A DNA stretch of 64,000 bases from Candidatus Cloacimonadales bacterium (GCA_963667035.1 OY762964.1:1856001-1920000), one strand, 5' to 3'; counted from the first letter of the stretch, positions 8,404-19,168 are shown. Notes: a model not told the origin generated them from the sequence alone. Numbers and translations are program-made.

Positions 8404-10362
8404 TTAACTATTCATGCTTTTCTGAAAGTACTCCCTCCCTTCATGAGTTATGAATCTGAAGTCACCTTTTCTGAAAATCCAACCCTGCCTTTCGAAGACA
8501 AAGAGTAATGCTAAGCATATCTTTCTGTTGCCGTCAATTAAGTCTCTGAAATCTGATACTTTTACGCCCTCATTTGTTTCATTTAGATGCTTTAATAAAA
8601 CTAAAGCTGTTTTATGTACAATATCCGCATGCAAGTAATGCTCTTCCGACTTGAAAATCCTTTGTTTTTTTACAAGTAATGATAGAACTTGCTTGAAGAA
8701 TTTATCATTAACATTCATTCTTTTTAGCTGTGGTTCCAGCTTGGTAATCAATGGTAGAGTCATATCAGATTCCTTAAAGAAAGATTCAATCATATCAATT
8801 TGTTGTAACTCTTTATCTGATAGCTCTATATGATGTGTGTCAAGGACCCAAGTGTTACCCTCTTTTCTAATCTCCTTGTTCGTTTGCATCTCTGCTAACA
8901 AGAATTTGAATATAGCCAGAAAGTCTTGATTCTGCTCTGCCCCAAGCACTCCCAATAGCTCTTGAATAGTCTTACCTTCCGTATCCAATGGAAATCTCTT
9001 GTGATGAGTAGATAGTTGACTGACAATCCTTTTATGCCACTCCTCAAACCTCTTATTAAACACAAGATATTCTGCTTTAGAAGTGCTAACAAATCTTATT
9101 TCGTTAAGTAAAATCGGACTATTAATTTCTTCTATTCTACTTTCTTTAACATTTAAAACGGTACATATTTCTTCTAAAGTCGGAGGAGTAACACGTTTCT
9201 TAACTTCAGCAATGATCTTAACAATCAAGTCTCCTTCAGATAATGATTCTAACTCTTTTATCAATCTCTTGGGACGTCTCTTATGTTTGTTAGGATGTGC
9301 ATCAATTATAGTACCTCCACCTAATGTTATATCCCCGGAACTATTCCTTATGATAAAATGATCTTTGTATGCCAGAGCAACAGGTTTAGGAAGATGTACT
9401 TGAACGATAGCTTTTTCTCCGTGCATTAGCTTGTTGCTATTAATAAGATGTATCTTTGCGTTACATTGATATGTTCCGGCAAGAAATACTACTTGCGTCC
9501 ATATATTAAACTCACGGAGTTGACTAAAAAGTGTTAGTTCGGCATCAACAAGATTTGTCGTTTGAAGTACTCTATCCGCAACTAGCATTCCTCGCTCAAA
9601 CTCATCATGCCTTAAGCCGACAACATTGAAAGATGCTCTGTCTCCTGAGAATACTTCCTCGACTTCCTTATGATGTCTTTCTATCCGCCTGATTCTCAGT
9701 TCTTTTGCTCCCGGTAAAAGATACAATTTATCCTTTTTAGTAATATGCCCGGATAAAACAGAACCGTTGATAACCGTACCAAAGCCCTGCACTTGGAAAA
9801 TCCTATCAACGAACATCCTGAAGTAGTTCCCAATCTTTCTTTCTTGTGTGAATTCAAACTCTTTGTTCAGTACATTTATCAAATCCTCGAAACCTGCTTT
9901 TGTTTTGGAGGATACCGCAACTATCGGGCAATCTTTGAGAAAAGAGTCATTAATCAGCTCTTTAATTTCTTCTTTTGCTGCCTCAATTAACTCAGAATCA
10001 ACTAAGTCCGATTTTGTTAGAGCAATGAAACCTCTCTTCACTCCTAACATTTTTAAGATATTCAAATGCTCAACTGTTTGAGGCATAACGCCACTATCGG
10101 CAGCAATTACAAGCATTACAAAGTCAATCCCGCTAACACCTGCTATCATAGTGTTTACAAAGTTCTTATGTCCGGGTACATCAACAACCCCAATACTTCT
10201 TTCATCGCTAAGCTGAAGGTTTGTAAAACCCAAGTTAATAGTAATGCCGCGACTCTTTTCTTCTTTATGTGTATCGCAATTAAAACCTGTCAGAGCTTCT
10301 ATTAGAGTAGTTTTACCATGATCTATATGTCCGGCAGTTCCCATGATTAAGTGCTTTTCCAT
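8404..10362 (-). CDS. selB: Selenocysteine-specific translation elongation factor SelB
   Basis: GTAGHIDHGKT, EKSRGITINLGF, DVPGH and TKSD motifs; long winged-helix C-terminus; adjacent to selA. Confidence 0.95.
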   Translation of the reverse strand: MEKHLIMGTAGHIDHGKTTLIEALTGFNCDTHKEEKSRGITINLGFTNLQLSDERSIGVVDVPGHKNFVNTMIAGVSGIDFVMLVIAADSGVMPQTVEHLNILKMLGVKRGFIALTKSDLVDSELIEAAKEEIKELINDSFLKDCPIVAVSSKTKAGFEDLINVLNKEFEFTQERKIGNYFRMFVDRIFQVQGFGTVINGSVLSGHITKKDKLYLLPGAKELRIRRIERHHKEVEEVFSGDRASFNVVGLRHDEFERGMLVADRVLQTTNLVDAELTLFSQLREFNIWTQVVFLAGTYQCNAKIHLINSNKLMHGEKAIVQVHLPKPVALAYKDHFIIRNSSGDITLGGGTIIDAHPNKHKRRPKRLIKELESLSEGDLIVKIIAEVKKRVTPPTLEEICTVLNVKESRIEEINSPILLNEIRFVSTSKAEYLVFNKRFEEWHKRIVSQLSTHHKRFPLDTEGKTIQELLGVLGAEQNQDFLAIFKFLLAEMQTNKEIRKEGNTWVLDTHHIELSDKELQQIDMIESFFKESDMTLPLITKLEPQLKRMNVNDKFFKQVLSLLVKKQRIFKSEEHYLHADIVHKTALVLLKHLNETNEGVKVSDFRDLIDGNRKICLALLFVFERQGWIFRKGDFRFITHEGREYFQKSMNS

Positions 10363-10365
10363 TAC

Positions 10366-11745
10366 CTAACTCCAGATTTGCTTTAAAGTGTTTGCTATAA
10401 TTTCCAGATGTTCTTCCTCCAAGGTTAAGACTTTAAAAACTAACCTTCCATTATCCATCAATCCTACTATTGCAGGATTCTGTTTCATTAGTAGTTTATG
10501 GATTGAAGCTATTTTTTGCCTTTTACCGTCTTTATCGGCAATACAAACCTGCCAGGTAAAGAGTTCTTCTTCAGGAACTGAACCACCTCCAACGAAGCCA
10601 TTACACTTTTCAATGGTAATACTGGCGTTAATATCTAAAAGCATAAAAGCTAGTTTCTCTGCTAATTTCTTTTGTTCATCGTCACTGCGTAACAAATATC
10701 TCATTACAGGAGCCCGATCAGCTAATTCCTTTTCCTTTAAGAAACCCAAAAGAACTGAGTTCAATAGGGATAATGTTACTTTTCCGACTCTAAGCACACG
10801 CATCATCGGATCTTCACCAAGCATTTGTATATACTTCTTTTTACCTACGATAATACCTGCTTGAGCACCACCAATTAGCTTATCACTACTAAAACACACA
10901 ATATCAGCCCCATTAGCTAACGCTTGTTTCACTGACGGTTCTTTGCTTAAAGCAGGATTGTCTATTTCCTTCAAATACCCTGAGCCAATATCATTCACAA
11001 ATATAATATCATTCTTATGTGCCAACTCGGAAAGTTCATTCTCAGGTACATCTTTTGTAAAACCCACTATCTTATAGTTCGAAGTATGGGCTTTAAAAAT
11101 CATAGCAGTGTTTTCATCAATGTTCTGTGCATAATCTCTCAGATGAGTTCTATTAGTCGTGCCTACTTCAACCATCTTCGCTCCGGAAGAGTTCATGATA
11201 TCGGGAATTCTGAATGAACCCCCAATTTCAACAAGCTCACCTCTTGAGATAAGAACTCCTTTCTTTTGAGCTAGTATCTTTAATATCATATATACCGCAC
11301 TGGCATTATTGTTAACAACAATCGCATCTTCAGCACCGGTAAGCTCGCAGATCAAATCTCTCACATGTACATTACGATGTCCTCGCATACCTGTTTCAAG
11401 GTTAAACTCAAGATTTGAATAACTACCAAACAGATCACTAAGTTCATCTAAGGCTGTGTGACTCAAAGGAGCTCTTCCAAGGTTAGTATGGATAACTATT
11501 CCGGTTGCATTAATAACTTTCTTTAGAGTTCTCATTGATTTAGCATGAACTTTTTCAATAACTATATTTGTAATATCTTCTATAGATGGGATAGTCTTAT
11601 CATCTCCTAAGATACCTCTTAACTCGCTAAGCTGTTCACGAATGACTTTCAGAACCAAATCATAATTATATGTATTTATCAATTCTTTTATTTCTATAGA
11701 TTCAAGTAGTTTATTTACACTAGGTATGTTTTTTAAACGGCTCAT
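10366..11745 (-). CDS. selA: L-seryl-tRNA(Sec) selenium transferase
   Basis: VINATGIVIHTNLGRAPL, SRGELVEIGGSFRIP, EVGTTNRTH and FSSDKLIGG (PLP lysine). Confidence 0.96.
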   Translation of the reverse strand: MSRLKNIPSVNKLLESIEIKELINTYNYDLVLKVIREQLSELRGILGDDKTIPSIEDITNIVIEKVHAKSMRTLKKVINATGIVIHTNLGRAPLSHTALDELSDLFGSYSNLEFNLETGMRGHRNVHVRDLICELTGAEDAIVVNNNASAVYMILKILAQKKGVLISRGELVEIGGSFRIPDIMNSSGAKMVEVGTTNRTHLRDYAQNIDENTAMIFKAHTSNYKIVGFTKDVPENELSELAHKNDIIFVNDIGSGYLKEIDNPALSKEPSVKQALANGADIVCFSSDKLIGGAQAGIIVGKKKYIQMLGEDPMMRVLRVGKVTLSLLNSVLLGFLKEKELADRAPVMRYLLRSDDEQKKLAEKLAFMLLDINASITIEKCNGFVGGGSVPEEELFTWQVCIADKDGKRQKIASIHKLLMKQNPAIVGLMDNGRLVFKVLTLEEEHLEIIANTLKQIWS

Positions 11746-11783
11746 TAATCCCCCAATTATTTCAAGTCTGATTTTATTGAATT

Positions 11784-11808
11784 AAAAAAGGGCAGTTCAA
11801 CTGCCCTT
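11784..11808 (-). terminator. Intrinsic terminator after TPR gene
   Basis: AAGGGCAG-TTGAA-CTGCCCTTTTTT on the minus strand. Confidence 0.75.
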
Positions 11809-11835
11809 GTCAACAAATCTTTGTTATTTGAAAGT

Positions 11836-12846
11836 TTATTTCATTGCATCTAAATACTTCTGGGCATGAACTCCGTATTTCTTGTGATCTTTAGCAACTA
11901 TGAAATCAGCCTTTGCTCCTTCCATGTCACCAGTTTTATGCTTTGCAACTCCTCTGAGAAAATAAGCAACAAGCTCTTTGGGATTCTTAGCAATAACTTT
12001 ATCAGCATATTTGATTGTCTGAGTGTAATTGCCTTCTTTGTAATAAAGATTACAAACATAAAGAGCAACTTTAGGGTCATCTTCCTGATTGAGATATTTA
12101 ATAAACCAACTACGAGCATTGTCTGAGTCTTTCAAGCTTTTATACATTACTCCAAGAGACTTATAAAGGTCTGTCCTCTCTTCGGTAGGAGGGTTATTTT
12201 GAAGATAAAGCTTTGTTAGTTCAATTGCCTTGGGATAATCTTTTTTCTTTTTATAAGCATTAATTATATTCTTTGCAATTGCAGGATCATTCTCACTATC
12301 GTTTGCCTGATAGTATTCATACCACTTTATTGCATTAGTATAATCTTTAGTTCTGAAATAGTAATAGTTTCCAACCCTTTTAGCAGCTTTTGCACTAGTA
12401 TTAGTAGCAAGAAAATCTTCAAGCATATTAACGCCAGTCTCTTCTCTGTTAAGATCATTTTTAAGTATATCAAATTTCTGAAGATAGAGCTTTTCGTTAG
12501 CAGGTTCACGTACAATTCTCTTGTCTAAATATTGAAGAGCTTCTTCAAAATTACCGGCTTTGACATTTGCAACAGAAAGATTAGCTTCAAGTATACCTAT
12601 CTGCTCTTCTATAGTAGCTTCTTCATCAGTTTCAGCTAAGAGTACATTATACTTTTCCAAAGCATTCTCATAAGCTCCAACTGCTTTGGCAAAATCATTT
12701 GCGCCAAAGAATTGATCACCTTCTTTAGCTTTTTCAATAGCTTCATTTTTAGCATTGATATAGTCGTTTCCTGTTAAAGCACATAATGGCATTACTGTTG
12801 CTAACAACAACAAAATAAGTGTGATTATTTGTATGGCTTTTTTCAT
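11836..12846 (-). CDS. Exported tetratricopeptide repeat protein
   Basis: Signal peptide; multiple TPR-pattern helices (e.g. AYFLRGVAKHKTGDMEGAKADF). Confidence 0.8.
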   Translation of the reverse strand: MKKAIQIITLILLLLATVMPLCALTGNDYINAKNEAIEKAKEGDQFFGANDFAKAVGAYENALEKYNVLLAETDEEATIEEQIGILEANLSVANVKAGNFEEALQYLDKRIVREPANEKLYLQKFDILKNDLNREETGVNMLEDFLATNTSAKAAKRVGNYYYFRTKDYTNAIKWYEYYQANDSENDPAIAKNIINAYKKKKDYPKAIELTKLYLQNNPPTEERTDLYKSLGVMYKSLKDSDNARSWFIKYLNQEDDPKVALYVCNLYYKEGNYTQTIKYADKVIAKNPKELVAYFLRGVAKHKTGDMEGAKADFIVAKDHKKYGVHAQKYLDAMK

Positions 12847-13036
12847 TCTTCCTCCAGAAGGTTATTTCTTCATAGTTTATTCGATAAAATTCTATTATCA
12901 AATATTCCGTCAATAGTTTTTCTTTCATAAGAACTTCAATAGTTTAGCATAAACTATATAACTTCGGGCATTATAGCATACTTTGTTTGTTTAAACTCAT
13001 TATCTTGTAAAAGTAACTTTAAATATTCGTTGTACT

Positions 13037-13723
13037 TCAGATTACTTTACTTTGAATTAGCATCAATTCTTTGATTCCTACTTTAGCAAGATTGATTAAC
13101 TTATTCATCTCATCATCAGTGAAAGTATTGTTTTCACCTGTTCCTTGAATTTCAACAAATCGACCTTCTTCTGTCATAACAACATTCATATCAACATCAG
13201 CCCGTGAATCAAGGGAATAATCCAGATCAAGTACAGGTTCTCCGTCAATAATGCCAACACTAACAGCTGCTACCTGTCCTGTAATAGGATTCTCGTTTAT
13301 CCTTTTCTCAGAAAGCAGTTTTTGCACTGCATCATTCAAAGCAACCCATGCACCTGTGATTGATGCTGTACGTGTTCCCCCATCAGCTTGAATCACATCA
13401 CAATCAATTTGAATAGTGAATCCATTAAGTTTCTTCAAATCTACAATAGCTCTTAGTGAACGACCTATTAATCTCTGAATCTCTGCAGTTCTACCTGTAA
13501 CTTTACCTTTATTCACTTCTCGATTGAATCTGGTATTTGTACTTGGAGGAATCATACCATATTCAGCTGTTAGCCAACCCTCTTCATTAACTTCACAGAA
13601 TTTTGGTACCCCCTCACTTATAGAAGCAGAACATATAACTTTTGTATTACCTGCTGTTATTAAAACTGACCCGGCAGGATGCATTAGGTAGTTTCTTACT
13701 ATCGTAACATTTCTTAATGACAT
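13037..13723 (-). CDS. rph: Ribonuclease PH
   Basis: [44 protein letters not shown] and EIQGTGE. Start moved to ATG 13723 (GGAG RBS). Confidence 0.96.
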   Translation of the reverse strand: MSLRNVTIVRNYLMHPAGSVLITAGNTKVICSASISEGVPKFCEVNEEGWLTAEYGMIPPSTNTRFNREVNKGKVTGRTAEIQRLIGRSLRAIVDLKKLNGFTIQIDCDVIQADGGTRTASITGAWVALNDAVQKLLSEKRINENPITGQVAAVSVGIIDGEPVLDLDYSLDSRADVDMNVVMTEEGRFVEIQGTGENNTFTDDEMNKLINLAKVGIKELMLIQSKVI

Positions 13724-13860
13724 ATTATCTCCTTGTATATAAGATAAGGATATTGATAAGCCTGTCAATTAATAAAAGGGTTTCATAACCATTCAACAAT
13801 CCTGATAAGCATTCTATTATCAATCATGACCACCAGCTCAGCTGCTGGTTTTCGTTGTGT

Positions 13861-13888
13861 AAAAAAGAGCCTCTCTTTGGAGGCTCTT
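13861..13888 (-). terminator. Intrinsic terminator
   Basis: AAGAGCCTC-CAAAGA-GAGGCTCTTTTTT on the minus strand. Confidence 0.8.
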
Positions 13889-13904
13889 GAATCGAATAAC
13901 TCTT

Positions 13905-15878
13905 TTATTTAAGTAAAGTTGCTTTTTTTATAATGCATTCTTCATCGGTTAACATTCTAATAAAATAAGTACCGGAAGATTCATTTATTGCATTCCATTC
14001 ATAAGAGTGAGTTCCTTCTTTAAGATAATGGAAGTGTTTATGATGAACTCTTTTTCCCCTAATGTCGTATATATCCAAATCAACTTCTGTATCTCCTTCG
14101 AGTGAAAAGAGTAGTTCGGTCCTAGGATTAAAAGGATTAGGATAAACATTTAAAGAAGTATCGGTAACTATCTCGGGAGTGTCTTCTCCATCGATATCTA
14201 AATCGGTCTTTACATAGAAAGGACCATACATTTGGCTGAGTCCATCCAAATCAATACTCTCAAGCCAATAGAAATATACTTCTGCCATTTCAAATTCTTC
14301 GTCCACAAATACATAACTGTTACCGGTGTTACTTTGGTCGGCAAAAATAGGATTGCCATTTCTTTGTTGCTTAAAAAAACCATTTGAGAATTGATCTCTA
14401 TAAATGTTGTAATTGCTAATATTGCTTTCACTATATGTTTGCCATCTTAGCTCTATCTCATCCTGACTAATTGCATATCCATGGAAACTTCCTAGTATAA
14501 GTGGTAAAGTAAACGACTCTTCCTCTTTAATCCTAATCAAAGTTACAGTACTGAATTGTACTTTAATATTAGCAGATAAGGAGTTTAATTCTTTAAGTTC
14601 CAATGCTATCACATCAGTTGCAGAATCGATTGTGACTATTGCATTACCGTTTGCTGAACCGAAGTCACCTGAATCTTTCTTTTGTAAAGATCTTTTAATT
14701 ATGGCTTTATCAACAATTGTACCACCAATACTTACACTACAATCCACGTCTATATCAACTCCACTCTCTCCCGGATTCGGATAGGTTAGACCAATATAAT
14801 AGCATAGTAAATACTTTCCGGAACTATCGTTAATCGGGGACATCGTGTCAGTTGCAGATGAAAAACTCCAAGATGAACCGTCCCTGATGAAATCTACTTG
14901 ATTCTCCTCTTTAGTCCAAATTCCGGATATTGTGGTAACAGTAATATTGTTATCATCCATCATACTTGTATAAGGTGCTGTTGAAGTACCGTCTAGTGGT
15001 ATAAGAAGGAAATTAGAAGTATTACTGGTAAAGCTTTTATTACTTCCGTCTGCTCTAACTTTAACTGAAACTTCATCTCCTCCGTTAACTGTTATAATCC
15101 CACAAGCCAGAGAATTTCCAAAGTCAGCATTACCATCAACTTGTCTTTGAGCCATAATTGTCGGAGTAGCATCATTTATCGATATACCGGTAAAAAATTC
15201 TGCAACATTTGCTGAGGACATACTTACACTGAGTAATGCATAGTATGTTCCTGCGGCTTCAGGAGATACTGTTAAAGTGTTAGAAGCAAAACTCCATCCG
15301 TTCAATTCTCCTGATGAATAACTGTTAATATCAACCCAATTTGTACCAAGTCTGCTTTGAGTTTGTGCAGTTGTGTTATATATCTCAGCATAATAAGGTG
15401 ATAACGATTCTGTTACCTCATAGATTGCAACCTGGGCATGATAAGCTGTAAAAGAAGTGACATTATTATCACACATAACTTGTAACTTAATACTTTCTCC
15501 ATCAGAAACATTTATTAAGCTTCCACCTGATATATTGCCTACATCAGCGTTTAGTTTCATCCTTCTCTGGTTTGTTGCATAATCTGTAGAGTTTACCTGT
15601 ATTATAGTATTCCATAAGCCTTCCGACCCCTTAAAACTAATAGAATACTTAACATAATAGAGTCCTCCCCCACTTGTATTTGTCAAAGCATTGTTCGAAT
15701 AACTCCATGCAGCTGAAGTAGTACTACTACTCCAGCCGGTTACATCATAATGAGCACCTGATAAAAAAAGCGGGGATCCTGTTTGAGTTGTACCTGAGAC
15801 AATGTACATAGCAGCGTATTCAGCCCCGTAAATAAAAGCAGGCAACAGACATATCAAAAATACTAACAATTTTTTCAT
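13905..15878 (-). CDS. Secreted protein with three C1q/BclA-like beta-domains and FlgD/T9SS-like CTD
   Basis: Signal peptide from MKKLL (GGAGG RBS). Three ~140-aa units with G.Y...Y.I and G.I.V..GD.V motifs. WQTYSESN..NIYR module; VYPNPFNP CTD. Confidence 0.7.
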   Translation of the reverse strand: MKKLLVFLICLLPAFIYGAEYAAMYIVSGTTQTGSPLFLSGAHYDVTGWSSSTTSAAWSYSNNALTNTSGGGLYYVKYSISFKGSEGLWNTIIQVNSTDYATNQRRMKLNADVGNISGGSLINVSDGESIKLQVMCDNNVTSFTAYHAQVAIYEVTESLSPYYAEIYNTTAQTQSRLGTNWVDINSYSSGELNGWSFASNTLTVSPEAAGTYYALLSVSMSSANVAEFFTGISINDATPTIMAQRQVDGNADFGNSLACGIITVNGGDEVSVKVRADGSNKSFTSNTSNFLLIPLDGTSTAPYTSMMDDNNITVTTISGIWTKEENQVDFIRDGSSWSFSSATDTMSPINDSSGKYLLCYYIGLTYPNPGESGVDIDVDCSVSIGGTIVDKAIIKRSLQKKDSGDFGSANGNAIVTIDSATDVIALELKELNSLSANIKVQFSTVTLIRIKEEESFTLPLILGSFHGYAISQDEIELRWQTYSESNISNYNIYRDQFSNGFFKQQRNGNPIFADQSNTGNSYVFVDEEFEMAEVYFYWLESIDLDGLSQMYGPFYVKTDLDIDGEDTPEIVTDTSLNVYPNPFNPRTELLFSLEGDTEVDLDIYDIRGKRVHHKHFHYLKEGTHSYEWNAINESSGTYFIRMLTDEECIIKKATLLK

Positions 15879-16012
15879 AGTACCTCCTATAATTAGTAAC
15901 CCAATACTAATATGTACCAATAAATATGCAAGCACTTTTTATTTTACTAACTAATTAGTCTCTTATTCTTATTATTAGCATAAATCATATTTCACTATTA
16001 AATTATATATAG

Positions 16013-16039
16013 AAAAAGGTACTCATTTGAGTACCTTTT
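16013..16039 (-). terminator. Intrinsic terminator
   Basis: AAAAGGTACTCA-TT-TGAGTACCTTTT palindrome with T-tract. Confidence 0.75.
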
Positions 16040-16057
16040 AATGTTTAGCATAAACTT

Positions 16058-17119
16058 TTAGAATACGAAGCTAACTCCTGCTGAGAATGAATTAGTGTTG
16101 GAAAGGCTATATTCTGTATTAAGCTTAAAGAAGCCACTTCTGAAAGAAGATCCAAGAACCAATCTTGTAGAATCTTCCCCTTCCATTTCGAATTTAATCT
16201 TTTCAACGTCGGTAACACCATCATCCAATTCTGTTGTAAACTCATAACTAACTTCAATATTAGAGCTATCCATCATCAAACCTGCATAAGGCGTAATGTT
16301 AAACATTTTAAGTCCAAATTGTTTTGAAGCTGTCACTCCATAAGTTGAGGCAGTCGTTGTCGCAGTATTTTCAATCTCAAGAGTCTGTGTGTAATATGCA
16401 AGAGCAATATTTATGGGTAAAGGTATCTTCATCCACATTAATGGATTGTGTTGAATTCCTACACCAAAATAAGTCATCTTGCCTAAATCCTGTACATCAT
16501 AAGGTGGTAAAGCACGTAAAGTTATCTGAGTTCCGTAAACGGTACCAAGTTTTAACTGAGGAGTCGCCATCGGGAAAACATCCCAGTCATGCATAATGGC
16601 TTTTACAGGAAGTTCTATCTCGTATTCAGCGAGATTAACTGTCTGTGTTTCACCGTTCACATTTACTTCTACAGGCTGAGCAGGAAATAGTACCTTTACT
16701 TTGTCGTCTTTTTGACCGATAATTGTAGGACCACTAATAGTCACATCAAGATCCTGATTTAAAACTGCATCTACAGCATAAGGTTTTAATGCAGGATCAA
16801 TACTGCTATTATTAACTATATCCTCTGCTTGGCTTTGAGAAAAACCAAAGTCACTATTAACTGAAAATGATTTGTCTCCTGATAAATTAGAGACAGTTGC
16901 TATAAAACCGAACTCTGCATTGATTCCAAAGATTTTAGCTTTAGGGGAATCATTAAACCAACCCGCATTTACGCTTGGTCCAAATACATTGGCTACCGGT
17001 CTGATATATTCTTTTGCAGCCCTACCTGAAAGGTTTTCTAAAGATTCTTCTAAGTCACTAGCAAAAATAGGCATAATAAGAACTAATAAAAACATAACAA
17101 TTATAGTTGTTTTTCTCAT
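16058..17119 (-). CDS. Outer-membrane beta-barrel protein (DUF6588-like)
   Basis: Signal peptide; NAGWF, PQLKLG..GTQITLR and GVGIQH; alternating beta strands; C-terminal Phe. Confidence 0.65.
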   Translation of the reverse strand: MRKTTIIVMFLLVLIMPIFASDLEESLENLSGRAAKEYIRPVANVFGPSVNAGWFNDSPKAKIFGINAEFGFIATVSNLSGDKSFSVNSDFGFSQSQAEDIVNNSSIDPALKPYAVDAVLNQDLDVTISGPTIIGQKDDKVKVLFPAQPVEVNVNGETQTVNLAEYEIELPVKAIMHDWDVFPMATPQLKLGTVYGTQITLRALPPYDVQDLGKMTYFGVGIQHNPLMWMKIPLPINIALAYYTQTLEIENTATTTASTYGVTASKQFGLKMFNITPYAGLMMDSSNIEVSYEFTTELDDGVTDVEKIKFEMEGEDSTRLVLGSSFRSGFFKLNTEYSLSNTNSFSAGVSFVF

Positions 17120-17646
17120 AATTCCTCCACAAATTATTTTATTTAAATAAAGTGGTTAATCTTTGACAATTGTCAATTAATATTTTACCTATTCTACAAT
17201 ACTGTGAGATTACTGAGTAAACAATTCAAACAATGCTAAACAAAGAAGTGATTGAAATTCCTGTTCACAATTACGACTATTATCAACTCAAGTAAAAAAT
17301 GGTATCGGTAATTCCACTTTTATTTCTCTATTATGACTTGAAAAAGCATACTGTTTAAAGGCATATTTCTTTATCTATATATATATCTGTTATCCTGCAT
17401 CAACGTTAATGGTTGTCCTACAATGAGTTTAATATACATCAAGCATAACTCGTGTTTTATCAAGGTATTATATTATAGTTGACAACAAATGTGATTCGCA
17501 AAAAACAGTGCTAACCTCTTTCCTAAGATAAAATTAGTTGAAGTAATTCATTCGGAGAATTTATCTTGACACAATGGTAAGAGTGAAAATCTTTAGACTT
17601 CTAAACAACAGTGCTTGATAAAGATATTAATAGAAAGGAGTTCAAA

Positions 17647-17940
17647 ATGACAAAAGCTGATTTGGTTAAGATCATCTCCAATGAGACAGGAATTATCAGA
17701 AAAGATGTCGCAATCGTAGTGGACAGTTTCTTACAATCTGTAAAGGATAGTATGCGTGATGGTAATCACATTGAAATCCGCGGATTCGGAACTTTCAAAC
17801 TAAGACATAGAAAACCAAGAATGGGTCGCAACCCTAAGACTAACGCTACCGTTAAAGTTCCTGAGAGAATGGTACCTACTTTCAAATTCTCACGTGACTT
17901 CAAAAACGAGATTACCAGTCTTGATTGCAAGGAGGACTAA
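17647..17940 (+). CDS. HU/IHF family DNA-binding protein
   Basis: MTKADLV...IEIRGFGTF...GRNPKT...PTFK; start behind AAGGAG. Confidence 0.93.
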   Translation: MTKADLVKIISNETGIIRKDVAIVVDSFLQSVKDSMRDGNHIEIRGFGTFKLRHRKPRMGRNPKTNATVKVPERMVPTFKFSRDFKNEITSLDCKED

Positions 17941-18029
17941 TGCCCTGTGGTAAGAAAAGAAAACGCCATAAAATAGCTACTCACAAAAGAAAAAAAAGAC
18001 TGCGTAAAAACAGACATAAAAAGAAATAA
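17940..18029 (+). CDS. 30S ribosomal protein bS22 (AURKAIP1/COX24 domain), 29 aa; missing from ORF track
   Basis: MPCGKKRKRHKIATHKRKKRLRKNRHKKK; GGAGG RBS; start overlaps HU stop (TAATG). Confidence 0.85.
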   Translation: MPCGKKRKRHKIATHKRKKRLRKNRHKKK

Positions 18030-18035
18030 ACTTTT

Positions 18036-18061
18036 ACGGTTCCATCTGGAGCCGTTTTTTT
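18036..18061 (+). terminator. Intrinsic terminator
   Basis: ACGGTTCCA-TC-TGGAGCCGT followed by T-run. Confidence 0.8.
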
Positions 18062-18097
18062 GTTTAAAGTGAGTTATTAATCATACCGGAGGTTCAT

Positions 18098-18508
18098 GTG
18101 CACGTTAGTTCAAGCTTTAACAAGTTGATATACAAACAGATTTGTGATTTATGGATTGAAACAGGAATTGCCAATCCGGCAAGACAAGATAGTTACGAGA
18201 TAATAAGCAAAACTCTTAGTCTAGGCGGCATGTTATATACCTTGTGGGACAACAAGCTCCTAATAGGCACAATTTGGCTCTCCAATGACGGAAGAAGAAT
18301 GCATGCTCATCATATGTGTATTCATCCGGATTATCAGGGTAAGGGCTTAGCAAAACTTCTACTCACCCCAGCTCTTGAGTATTCACAAAAATGTGGACTT
18401 CAACCAAAACTGGAAGTACACGAGTCTAATCCCGTAGCTCGTGAATTGTATAAGAAAAACGGTTTTATTGAACTTCCCGGATACATTGTTATGATAAAGA
18501 GGAAGTAA
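18098..18508 (+). CDS. GNAT family N-acetyltransferase
   Basis: IHPDYQGKGLAK (motif A); LEVHESNPVARELYKKNGF. Confidence 0.88.
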   Translation: MHVSSSFNKLIYKQICDLWIETGIANPARQDSYEIISKTLSLGGMLYTLWDNKLLIGTIWLSNDGRRMHAHHMCIHPDYQGKGLAKLLLTPALEYSQKCGLQPKLEVHESNPVARELYKKNGFIELPGYIVMIKRK

Positions 18509-18775
18509 ACTTAAGACTTTCCCAACTAACAAATCAAAGAAATTTCATTTCTTTAGTTAAACAAAGCTTATACAACAAGACCAATTTTTAGGCAGTTATA
18601 AACAGAACTTGGTATTAATGAAATGAAATTAATTTGATATCTATATCTCTGTTTACTTAAACTCTATTCTCTACTTCTCATGTTAATTTGCCTTACAATT
18701 TATTTTTATTTAATTTTCTACTTGACATATTTTATAATATTATTATTACTAATCAATATTATTGTAGGGGAAGTT

Positions 18776-19168
18776 ATGAAAAAATCTTATTATGCTATAT
18801 TGTCTTTATTTCTAGCTTTATTTATTAATCTTTCTAGTACTGAAATTTTAATTCGTGATAGTGTAGATATTTACACAATTAAATCTATACAAATTCGATT
18901 TGATACAGATAGATTCATGCCAATCGAAAGTATTGTAATTGATGAGATAAGTAAGCCGTTTGCCTTTAGTTACGGTAGAATACAGGAAGCTATTAATTGT
19001 TATTCCTATTCAAACAAATTAATGAAGATAGTTCTTGAAGATAAAATCAATCATGAGATTACTATAACCCTTTGTAAATCAGAAAGAGATTCAACAAAAA
19101 TTAGTTACATCTATTTTTTCAATAATATGGATGAATTGATTGAGATCGATTATGAAATCAAATATTAA
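18776..19168 (+). CDS. Hypothetical exported protein (first gene of island operon)
   Basis: MKKSYY signal-peptide start behind GGGGA; overlaps next gene. Confidence 0.6.
   Translation: MKKSYYAILSLFLALFINLSSTEILIRDSVDIYTIKSIQIRFDTDRFMPIESIVIDEISKPFAFSYGRIQEAINCYSYSNKLMKIVLEDKINHEITITLCKSERDSTKISYIYFFNNMDELIEIDYEIKY

Noticed and set aside
8404..11745. tRNA-Sec (selC), selD or a selenoprotein next to selAB
   Set aside because: No tRNA cloverleaf or convincing Sec read-through ORF was found by eye in this window.
13776..13852. Small hairpin ACCACCAGC-TCA-GCTGCTGGT as another REP
   Set aside because: Single copy in the window and unrelated to the GTAG family; insufficient support.
18524..18657. 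Integron attC site at the island edge
   Set aside because: Flanking heptamers do not fit RYYYAAC/GTTRRRY, and no integrase or second site is present.
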